Source: Raillietiella orientalis (lineage: Eukaryota). Taken from it: 64,000 nt of DNA. The notes below the pieces were generated by a model. The model was not told where the DNA came from and made no database searches. It was given only the letters and a program-made list of their open reading frames with translations. Within the stretch, counting starts at the first letter, position 1; every line of letters starts with the position of its first letter. Positions 37,463-47,500 of this stretch are shown here, one piece after another. The stretch is from NCBI GenBank assembly GCA_036172245.1, contig JAYWIR010000010.1, positions 4,030,001 to 4,094,000 of the forward strand, read 5' to 3'. Both the position numbers and the translations under genes were made by a program.

Positions 37463-40400
37463 CACGCGACAGAGCACAGGTGTGTTTTCTGTTAGCTGTG
37501 TGGGTGGTGTATCAACTTTTCCTTCTCGAGTGGTTCGTGTGGATTCGGTGGTGAAGGCAGCGATGTTTGACACCACCACCAATGAAGGCCGGGGGGAGAT
37601 GCCCGCATCTCCCCCTGAGACTATGGAGGTGGGGGCGTCCGCCCCCACAGAATCGTCCCCTCCGCTAGTGAGGGCCTGGAGCGCCGTGGCCGCGGCCCCG
37701 TCGCCGGCAGACATGGCTGAACAAAAAGCCTATATTGAAGAAGGCTACAACCCAGGCCTCCTCTACAAGGTAGGCAATTTGCATAGTCGGAAGAGAGCGG
37801 CCGCCTTCTCGAGGGCGATGTACGCTCACGGCGTTAAAGAAGAGGACCTTCTCGCGATGACCATCCGGAGCGGGGCCCAGTACGTTGAGGTGGTCTGCAA
37901 GCAGGCCGACCTTGCCCAACGATTATTGAGGACCCCCGTTTTGATGGGAAGCAGGAGGCTCCTCCCGATCACGGAGGACAGCTCGATAGTGGTCCACCTT
38001 CATGGAATAACGTTGCGGATGACCAAGGAGGCCATCCGCAACGAACTCGAGAAATATGGCACCGTCCACGCGCTGTGGGCGAAGCCCTCTTCCGTCATGG
38101 AACACCGCGAGCTTCTGGGGGACCTCGCGGCAGCGCGAATCACCGTGCGCGAGGGCTGTGGGTTACCCCACAAGCTACAGATCGCCGGGGAATCGGTAGG
38201 CCTGTGGTATGTGGGGAAACCCAAATATTGCACGCACTGCAACGCTTCAGGTCACCTCAAAAAGAGGTGCCCGAATGTGCAGTGCTATCAGTGCCACGCC
38301 ACGGGGCACACCCGTGTGGTGTGCCCGCAAAGCACGTCCGCCAGAAATGCGAAAAAGAGCGCGGATAAAAAACAAAAAAAATTGGCAGAGAAAGTCGCCG
38401 CAGAGGCTGCCGTCTCGACCTCGGCCGAAAGTGCTGAAAAGGTCGAGGGGGACAGCTAGGAAGGATGACAGGTAGTCAGGGGGAAAAAAAGGCTGAAAAA
38501 AAAAAAAAAGATATCGCGACACGCAGCGAAAATCGCAAAAAAGCAGAGCTGTCGCGTGACCTTGACCGCACTCTTCCGGTCGACCAGTGCGGCGCCCCTG
38601 AACTCGCCGCTGCCTCGCCACCCTCCGAAAAAACAGAGGGGAGCGAGGCGGCGCCGTCCGTCGGGAACGACGTAACTCTAGAACGAGCGGTGAAAGAGGT
38701 CGCCTCCGCACTGCCACCGCTCTCCCAGGCCCCGAAAAAGGGCTGGAGGAGTCTGGCCTCTACGAAGGGGTCCGAGATCTCGGACTCCAACGTAGAAGCC
38801 GGAAAAGTATCTTCGGCAGAAGCACCTCGCTGGAAGTCTGGACTCCAGTCCAAAACTCGTCGGAGGCACAGCTCCCCCGTCGAAGGAGTAGAGTTCGCCT
38901 CCGGCAGCGAGGGTGCGATGAGCGTGGGCACTCGGGACTCTTCTCCCGAGAACGTCCCACTCCCCACCACGTAGGAGACGAAGGGGGTGGAGACCGTCCA
39001 GGTGCCTCAGGTGCCCTCCGTCCCCGGAATCCTGCTCCCCGCTCAGGTGGCTGAGGCCGACACGCCACTTTCCCAGCAGTAATGCTGGGATTCGCCTCTC
39101 GACGTCGTCTGCGGATCGCCTGCTGGAAGGGAGATGATGGGCAACCGGAATTTCGGAGCGTCCGTTGACCGGGAGCCCATGCGGTCGCAGTCGACCTACA
39201 CAAGACATTCGCCTGCGTCGACCAAGAGCTCCTTCTGGAACTGCTGGGACACTTGGGCTTCTTGGCCGCATTGTCAGCCTATCTGCGCTGCAGCTGGCGT
39301 CACGCGCTCATCAATATCTCTTCCAGCGGGCTGATGGTGCACGGCGTGCCGGTGTGGCGCGGGATTAAACAGGGCAACAGCATGAGCCCCCTGCTCTTTA
39401 GCACCTATTTTGAATTGGTGCTGAGAGCAGGGAGACTCTGGCTCTCCACCCGCGCGTATGTCCCGGCATGTCTGCCCTCTCAGCATACGCGGACGATCTT
39501 CTTTTGTTGTTCCCCATGTCCACCCCTGCATGAGCACCCGACGGTGGCTTCGAGCTGCTCAGTCTTGGGACAGACCTGATGGTGAGCATGGCGAAGTCGT
39601 CCGTGGTTTCCGTTGGGCAGAGCGGCCGGACTGGATTCGCCTGGGAATCCCCATGGGCCTGTACTTAAGTACCTGGGACTTCTGCTCCTCAGAAGCCTGG
39701 TCCGGCCGTCTCAGAAAGCACTGCAGGCGCTAGCCCCATTCCAAAGAGGCAGGTTTTACCTGCCGTAGTGGGCCGCGGTGTAGAACGTTTGTGGCCCCCC
39801 TTCTCTGCCCCTTGCTTTGTGTTTGCCCATCGCCATGCAGCATTAGGAAACGGACAAAGGACCTCCTCCGGATCTCCCTTTGCGGCAAAGGGAGGACTCG
39901 TGGTCCGCGCCGGGAGGCAATGTCCTGGCTGGTCCGGCCTAGTCCTTCTGACCAGTTTTGAACACTTGCCCTCGTGGCAAACCTCTGAGGCACACCTGGT
40001 GCCAACCTGTCACGTCTTCTCGTGCACCAAGCCACCAGCAGAGTGGGGTTTGCGTCTTTCCTTGCGCGGCGGACTGCACCAGCGGCAGGTGACCACGCTG
40101 GCGAGGAAAAACGGATGGATCTTGTGCTGCCCCCCGCGAACGGTAGTGTCTGGTTGCAGGGAATCGTTCGCACGTGGGGGAGGATCCAGGAGCCAAGCGC
40201 GGAACAGGGTAGACGTTTCCTGTACGCGCGCAACAACAACGGTACTCTCGAGGAGATCCTGGAAGATCCCGCGAAGAGTGCATGTGCAAACAACCTTCCT
40301 CGGCACTGCGCTGCCCTCCCTTGGGGAGCATCTGGACAGCAGCCCTACGGCCAGTTACTGTAGATATCTCCGGAAGGAGGAGAGGACTAGGAGTGGACGA

Positions 40401-41225
40401 CGGGCCAGGTCACTGACGCTGCCACCCTGAGTGCTCGACCTCGTGGACTTTTGCGCTGGGGCGTGCTACTGGGTATTCCGGAGGAAGACCTGCAGTGGCC
40501 CCCGGTGCTCCTGAACACCTGCACCCTTCCTTTAAAATGGCAGGAGTCGGCGTTGATGATACTACATTGGGTCCTCCTTGCAGCGCCCGCCGGCATCTGT
40601 GGATACGGGTGTGTGTGAACCCAAACTGTGCACGGTGCCGGGAGCAGGTGTCATTCCCACACCTCCTGGTAGACTGTTGCCCTCCGGCCCCTCTGAAGAC
40701 GCTTGGCCATGGCCCTTGGAACCCCCGGCAGCAACACCAGAAACGTTTTAAAGCGCCTCTTGCTGAGCGACGCCCTCTCGCCGATCGCATCCCTAACAGC
40801 ACTGGGCTCCCTACGCGGGATCGTGGCCGCATGGAACAACGCCAGGCCAGAACGACAGGGATGCCATCCATTTTGCTGTCTTCTACATGAGGACAGCGTC
40901 AAGATGGCTCCATCTGGAACCATAAAACCGGAACTTGCCGGCATCCCTACAAGGATGCAGCGGGCGCCCTCCAACACACAGTGATCCCTTCCCGACCCCC
41001 CCCCCCTCTTCGCTCATCCATCTTGACTGAAGTTTTTTGGGGGTTTGTTTTTTTCTTTTTGTTTGTCTCCCCTTCCCCTGTGCTGCCAAGGCTAACCCCG
41101 CTGGCCTGCGTGCCAGTTCCCGGCAGGTTCCTTCTCGTACTTATAAGTAACGTGGTAGGTTCAAACGTCCTGCCACAGACGTTTCTTTTTTATAAATAAA
41201 CGCCCCGGCGTGACCGAATGTCAAC
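37463..41225 (+). mobile_element. L1/Tx1-clade non-LTR retrotransposon, internally deleted (ORF1 present, endonuclease apparently missing, RT degraded)
   Basis: ORF1 with two CCHC knuckles; RT motif GIKQGNSMSPLLF near 39360-39400; C-terminal Zn motif NPNCARCREQVSFPHLLVDC near 40620-40680; AT-rich end TTTTTATAAATAAA near 41200; flanked by direct repeat CAGTGCCGCACC (37451-37462 and 41226-41237). Confidence 0.85.
37563..38459 (+). CDS. Gag-like ORF1 of the L1/Tx1 element (zinc-knuckle nucleic-acid-binding protein, ZCCHC3-like architecture); 298 aa, probably continuing after a frameshift in 38465-38974
   Basis: Open frame containing VHLHGITLRMTKEAIRNELEKYGTV (RRM-like), LPHKLQIAGESVGLWYVGKPKY, CTHCNASGHLKKRC and CYQCHATGHTRVVC. 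Confidence 0.8.
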   Translation: MFDTTTNEGRGEMPASPPETMEVGASAPTESSPPLVRAWSAVAAAPSPADMAEQKAYIEEGYNPGLLYKVGNLHSRKRAAAFSRAMYAHGVKEEDLLAMTIRSGAQYVEVVCKQADLAQRLLRTPVLMGSRRLLPITEDSSIVVHLHGITLRMTKEAIRNELEKYGTVHALWAKPSSVMEHRELLGDLAAARITVREGCGLPHKLQIAGESVGLWYVGKPKYCTHCNASGHLKKRCPNVQCYQCHATGHTRVVCPQSTSARNAKKSADKKQKKLAEKVAAEAAVSTSAESAEKVEGDS

Positions 41226-41397
41226 CAGTGCCGCACCTGAAACCTCAAAGGTCAGTTTGCGTCGTCCTGCGGTGGGAACTGCAAATTCACAACGCAGCCC
41301 CCATTTTTTGGCGTCGATCCTTCACGTGGGGATTCGAACCCGCAACCCTCGTTGCCACGCGCGAAGAACCGCAGCCACGTGTTTGCCAACACGGGCG
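41226..41397 (-). mobile_element. SINE copy D, tRNA-derived head portion
   Basis: Minus strand reads TGGCAAACACGTGG (A-box-like)...GCGTGGCA...GGGTTCGAATCCCCACGTGAAGGATCGACGCC, matching the head of copy B. Confidence 0.7.
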
Positions 41398-42899
41398 ATT
41401 GCTGGAAAACCATCCTAGCATCTCTGCTCGTTTTTTGTCCTTTTATCCTCCGCCCTTGCGAGAGAGCCAGTTTCTTCTGCAAGGGATTTAGGGTATCTGA
41501 GATGACTCCTCTTTCCGGCAGTGCCGTGCTGCATGTGAACTGAGCGTTGGGTTGCCGAACTGCTTGGTCGCTCAGCGAATCGGATTTTCTCCACGGTCGC
41601 CATCATTTCTGCAGAGAAACAATCACTGTATGGTAGGGATTCAAGCATAAGAGGGAAAGGTAGGGCTCTATAGTTTGCCGGGAAGAGTTTGGACGAATCA
41701 CTGGCTGCTGATTGTTGTCCTAGGGAAGGAGATCAAGGTGGACCCACAGGACAAAGGTCCTTGCTATTTTCTCTTTGATCGCAGCCATTTTAGGTACAAG
41801 AAAAGAAGAAAAAAGACATCGCTCGCAATCTTTCAGTACTGGCATCGCGTTTCGAAATCCCTGGATACTGTAATGCGATTCCCGTGAACCTCATCCCACT
41901 AAGGTACTGTCTTAACCTACTCGGCCTGGAGATGTAGGCAAGGGACAACGAAGAAGGCAGGGAGAACGGCATCCATCTGATTCCGGAAAAATACGCGCGT
42001 TTATGAGCTCAGTCTGCTGAAGGACCAAGATCGATTGCAAACGGGGTCGCTTCTCGAATGAGAAATCGAAAGCTTAGAGCAACAGACATGAAGTCACAAG
42101 ACATGGCTCATAAGTCTCATACGGTAACTAAGACATGAACAAACGCAACAGGAAAAACAAGGTAGAAATTAGTTGAGAAGATGTGGCACATGTTGTGGGA
42201 AATATTGAGCTGGAAACCCTCAGGTTGCAGTGTCAGGTCTTGGAAATGTTGAGAGATGAAGTACGGAAGGACTTCGTGCCCAAGGAAAACAGCACCAGTA
42301 CATGTGACTCTATCCACGAGCGCTTGTGAGCCGCCGGGTCAGATGGGCTTTTCCTTTGAAATCTTCCCTGGCTCGTAATTGGATTCCTGAGTAATCAATG
42401 CGCTCAGCCCAAAGAGAGCAGGATTCATCTCAAATATGTAATGACCCTCTACTGCTTACTGCAGACCGACCTTTTGATAGAATCAATCAGTGCCGTCTGG
42501 AAGAAATCAATAGCTTTTCCAAAGTTCACGAAATCGATACCAGTCCCAATCCCTAACAGCCTTCGTTTCGTTCTCTTCCGATCTTCCATTTTGCCAAACA
42601 CAAGTAGCAACAAAAAAAAAATTCTGTGAGGCGTTTTAGGCAGATAGGGGTTCCATTATCAGGAAGTACACTAAATAGTGGAAGGGTTCTCCACGATTTC
42701 TCCATTGGTTTTATTGCCGTCCATTTACCATGGTGAGTCAGTGTGAAACCTGGAGTTCAGTCGGTTCGGGAAAGCTTGACGTTGGAGGCATACTCCTGGG
42801 AGTACTTGAACGAGAAGAAATCCACGATTGGATGACCCTGGAAGCAAAAGCAGCGGATCAAGTCTGCCGGCTGGAAAGGGAAGGCACGTCGCAGGAGCG

Positions 42900-43180
42900 A
42901 CTTGCAGTGAGGAGCCACCTGCAGAGAACGCACTCCAGGAATTCAATGGGGCAGACTGCTCCAAGCCCCCGGGGGTCAAACAAGTGGATGGCGGGGCTCA
43001 CTGCTTCTGGTTCTCATCCCGCGGACTGTCTTAGGTGTGGGGCGATGGAATCGCTCCCGCACCTTCTCTTGGACTGCAGTGTCCTGGAGGACTCGCGGTG
43101 GAGAGTCGCTTCACCGCTCCGTCAATCTCAGGACACCACCACGGACTTGTTGCGGCGCGTCTTTCAGGGAGCGGGCTGAG
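42900..43180 (+). mobile_element. L1/Tx1-like 3' fragment (C-terminal Zn motif)
   Basis: ADCLRCGAMESLPHLLLDC. Confidence 0.6.
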
Positions 43181-43196
43181 GAAGGGTTTTCACATC

Positions 43197-43933
43197 CTTA
43201 GGTGATCCAGGGGAGCCGAGAGGAGGGGAGAGGCAGGCAAAGAACCCCCCGAGGGGGGTTGTCTCCAGAGTGTCAAGAAGCGCGCTGCTTCCTTCGGGTA
43301 GCGCCCCTTGGAGAGTCCTCTCCAGGGGAGGAGGAGCGGACTCTTTCCAGGAAGTCCTTCCGGAGAAGAAATTATAATTCTCCTCCCCTTCCAGAGGGTT
43401 CCTCCAGAGAGAACAAGGAAGAGTCTCCCTTCGGGGTTCCCTGCCAAGCCTACGAGGGACATGGACTCCTTCCTTCAGAACCATCCTTGATGCACAAAAC
43501 GGTCCCTTCCCGGAGTACCCCTAGAACTAGAAGAGTGGCACGCATCCCCGGGTGGCGTGGGCAGAGTTAAATGGGTCCGTGGGCCTGCCCGAAGAAGGCG
43601 CTACGGTTCTTCGATTACTTAGCGGACCGTCGTCGACGATGCGACGACGGTGCTGTCGATCGGTCGTTCGCAGCCAAGGAGGATAATCCGCGGAAGAAAA
43701 CATCCCTTCTTCCCACATCATTTCTTGAGGATGCTGCGTTTTTGCCCGCCGGCATCTTCGCAAGGAAGGAACCTGTAGGAATGGGCCGGGCGGAGGGGAT
43801 TAGCGCCGCATCTTCCAACCTGCCTGAACTGGGCCTCGCCCCCGAGTTCTTGCCCCGTGACACGATCCCCAGCAGCCCTGGGCTCTTCTCTGCCTGCCCC
43901 TCCCCTCCTCTCGCCTCCCCTGGATCACCTAAG
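43197..43933. repeat. 48-bp inverted repeat pair (43197-43244 and 43886-43933)
   Basis: CTTAGGTGATCCAGGGGAGCCGAGAGGAGGGGAGAGGCAGGCAAAGAA versus reverse complement of the right arm: 45/48 identical. Confidence 0.9.
43255..43615 (+). mobile_element. SINE copy E (3' part only)
   Basis: TCTCCAGAGTGTCAAGAAG, TCCTTCCGGAGAAGAAAT, GGCGTGGGCAGAGTTAAA and GAAGAAGGCGCTACGGTTCTTCG match the 3' half of copy B. Confidence 0.75.
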
Positions 43934-44949
43934 TATACGAAACCAAACCGATTGTGATCGGGATTTGACGCGGTCCCAAAGAAGGAATAAAGAGGGATCC
44001 ATGGAGACGACCTCTCGTTTCCGAAATGCAAATTCGCGGCTTCTAATTGTGGGGGACCTACCTCGAGGGAAGCTGGAAAGCGATGTTGCCACTCACCGTT
44101 CAGATACCTAATCACGTGGAAACGCATTTAGCAACAGCGGGCGCCACGGACGTGGCGTTGACCGACTGTAGATGAAAAAAGCAGCACGACAAAAAACAAA
44201 AAACAAAATTCCAGCATGAATTGCTCGTCCATTCAGAGAGCACGTGAGTCCTAATGCTATTATATAGGTCGTCTTTTCATTCTTGTCTGCAGATTAGATG
44301 CGGGCATAATTCTAATCAAACCAATGGTTCACTATCATTAAATTAATGTATTTTAGGGATTTCAGGGACATCGGCGTCTCAATTTAATGGCGTCATGTCT
44401 CTGAAGCGCGGCCACTACTAAATTAGTCCTCTTCTTTGCACACGAAGAGCGCATTACCGTAAATTGCTTTCTCTTGGATCATTCTTAATCTTGGATACAG
44501 CTTCTCTAAACGAAGAATCTATGCGGAGGATGATTTAGAGGAAAAAAAAGATTCGATCGCCATACCGCATCTCTCTCTGGGAGTTCAGAAGCGAAGTGCG
44601 GCCGCATCACTCGTCATCCGTGGACACGGGGATTTTCGGAGCGGTTTTCCACCCGGTTGCGCTAGGAAGGAAGGGATGCGTTCTCTTGAAAAAGAATGAA
44701 AAAGAGGCGGTGGGATGTTGCGACAACCATCACACCGTCTCACATAATCCTCGAAGGGCGCCGACGACGTCCACAACGAGCACGAAGGGGAACAAGGAAA
44801 GAAGGGCAGGGGGGAAGGCAAAAAGGATTGTTCAGTTTCAAAAAGGTGAGGGAGGGAAAAGAAACGGATCACCTCCCGTGACGTTGGTTCATCTGCATCC
44901 TTAACAGGACGCCAGCGAAGTCACCCTCCTCGTTGCAGCTCAGATGGGA

Positions 44950-45270
44950 TTATCTCGATGCAATCCCGAGGAACCGGATAGAAAAGAGGATGGCTCCCCT
45001 GTCGTCGCATCCCGCTCAAATGTGGACCCGGGAACGCTCCTGGGGTCGCTTGCCGGGATGGACAGGGGCTCCCATAGTGTCCCACCTGTTAGTGCAACGT
45101 GATGTACTAACAGGTGGGGTAAGTTTTTCCCCTTCCCCCTTCCTGGAGCAGTTCGCCGCAACACTCCCCCCTCGTCCGGCAGTGGCGTCGCGCGACACAC
45201 GGGAGTCGCCAATGCAGAGTCAGTAGCAGAGCCGACAGCCACCAATTCAGGGGAGGAAGGAGCTGTCATC
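44950..45270 (-). mobile_element. 3' fragment of the same Tx1-like family
   Basis: With frameshifts reads LHWRLPCVARRHCRTRGSVAANCSR...NLPHLLVH, matching 40560-40680. Confidence 0.6.
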
Positions 45271-45779
45271 ACTGGGGGGGCACCTCTAGAATGTCTCTTG
45301 GGATTCCGAAGAGCTCGTTTCGGCCAGGAAGTCCACTGAAATGGGTCGTTGGTGTTCCTGCGTTTAGCTTTGGGGTGGTCTCGTTCCTGGCTGAATAGGT
45401 CAACCTATTCATTGTTTTTTTTTTTTTTTCCTTTTTTTCCACGTTCGAGAGAGCTCTGTTGTCTCGTATCTCGAAAGACTGTGGTCAGTAACCCAAAATG
45501 TCGTCCACCTGCTTCTACGAACGGAAGGCACGAAATCGATAACACGGTAGACTCGAAAATAACCGCTGTGGCTTTCCTTCGAGCTGGCCATCGGAGATCA
45601 AGATGCTTATGGTACGCTCGCCACGCCGAGGTCTGTGAAACCTCTGCATTTTCGATTGCGTGTATTTTCTTAGGCTACTTTCCGAAGGAGAAGAACATGG
45701 GGGAAGGGATCGTGCAGCATGATTGCTCCAAAACGCTGGACCACTACTGACTAACGGAACCCGCCTTGAAGGAAGCATC

Positions 45780-46250
45780 ACATTAGAGAAACTCCTTAAT
45801 GCAACTATGGAAACGAAATTCTCTCCGCTTCATCCCGTTCCGTTCTGTGCTTCGGATGCTCCGAGCACAGCAAGACGAATGCAGTTCGAGCCGCCGACGA
45901 AGCTCATCAAAAAATCACGACCGCCATGGCGAGCAGCGACCGTGGGTGCAGCGAAGAGCCGAATGGATGCGTCGGCTTCCCCAAAATTCACCGAGCAATG
46001 AAACATTGAGATGAATGTGTGGAGGAGCAATTCAGGGGGATTTGGAAAATTCCAAAATTCGGAACTTCGGGTATTAGGAACTTCGACCCCTTAACGACAG
46101 GCAAAGCGGAGACAGGAGTGGCGCCATCGGCTGCCGGGAATGTAACCTGCGAAAGTTCTCTTGGGCATCAATGAAATTTTAAACGTTCATTCGCTAAGAT
46201 ATCTTTTTGATCTTCTGGTCCATCCCGGTTGCATCACCGAAGAGAAAGTC
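45780..46250 (+). mobile_element. Tc1/mariner-superfamily transposase remnant
   Basis: LHPVP...RRMQF (cf. LHPYK...RRxxF) and NVWRSNSG (cf. VWCAIS); a similar remnant LHPAK...LVFSVEANLHL (cf. FSDEAHFHL) lies at about 6590-6730. Confidence 0.35.
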
Positions 46251-46899
46251 TACAGTCTCGTGTGGTGGTAGCACCGTTGCACCGAGAATGCAATCGCGTG
46301 TCAGTCCTCAGGTTTCGCTATCGAGACAGTCCACCTTCTACAGTGGTAGAAGGTGGACCACGTCCGTCATACACAGAGCTGCAGTTAGAAAATTTTCAAA
46401 CTGCAGTGCTGTGTTGTGGCTGTTTATAATAATGTACGAAAAGAAAATGGAGAAAGCTTGCACTGAAAGATGACACACCTTGCAAACACTCTTGAAAGCT
46501 GCACGGATGTGGAACAAGAGGAAGTATTCCGTTTTTGCGTGTATGGCATTTTCATTAGCGCAATGCATCGCTGCATCTTTCGCAGCTGGAAAAAAGCCGT
46601 GAGGCGTCTTGCAAAAGGTGGAATCTCGTAGCTTCACTGCCACCGCGTGTATCATAGAAAGTCTGTGTTGTTCAAGCTGCAGCCTCGACTGCTGGCTCAC
46701 CTGAAGGAGGTAAAACGACTTACTCGAACGGCATGGACGCATCTTTGCGGCGCTCTGCACTCCGATAAATATGTGCGACTGATCTGAATTCGTGTGGGGG
46801 TTCTGAAGACAGCGGCGTGACAGCAGAGATGCCAAGCAGCGTCGCTAAGGAGGGACGGAAGTCCTGGAAACGCAAGGAGGCGGAACCAAGTTGTCTCGG

Positions 46900-47500
46900 C
46901 TTGCCACGACGGTTGCCCAGGCAGAAACGGAGGTCCACGTGACCCAGAATCACCAGCCTGCCCTGCTCCACAAGGTAGGTCGATTAGACTTGACGTCCGT
47001 TGAGCGTTCCTTCGAGGAAGGTTTGCAGAACGCGAACGTTCACAAGGGACACCTCTAGGGACAAGGGAGACCTCTGTGGTGGGAGGGGGAGAAGTCGTTG
47101 AGCCGACCTGGAAAGACACAGCACTCTCTCAGGCGACTGCTGCCCATAACCATCGACGGTAAGAGCCTCTACCCTATAACGACGGACCACTCAGCAGTGA
47201 TCCACACAAGAGGTTTACGGACGCTGATGGACGAGCACAATGTCCTCCGCTGGCCCAAAGAATATGTGACGTACGGGGCAAGCTAAACTAGTTCCCCAGG
47301 CATGAGGGACTGCTCAGGGACTTGGCTGCAGCACGCGTGGCTGTACACTAAGAAAAGCAGCTTCTGTTCCTCATGAATGTCAGGGAACTGTGTCGACCCT
47401 GAGCAAATGAACTAGGAATTTCCTTCATCCTCGCCTGCCTTCCGGGATGGTGACCCTGATCAACAAGGCTGCCTGAAGGCTGGTAGCCTACCATGGAAGC
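46900..47500 (+). mobile_element. L1/Tx1-like endonuclease end and RT remnant
   Basis: IRLD and TTDHSAV (APE SDH motif), later GMVTLINK (cf. GxITLIPK). Confidence 0.35.
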
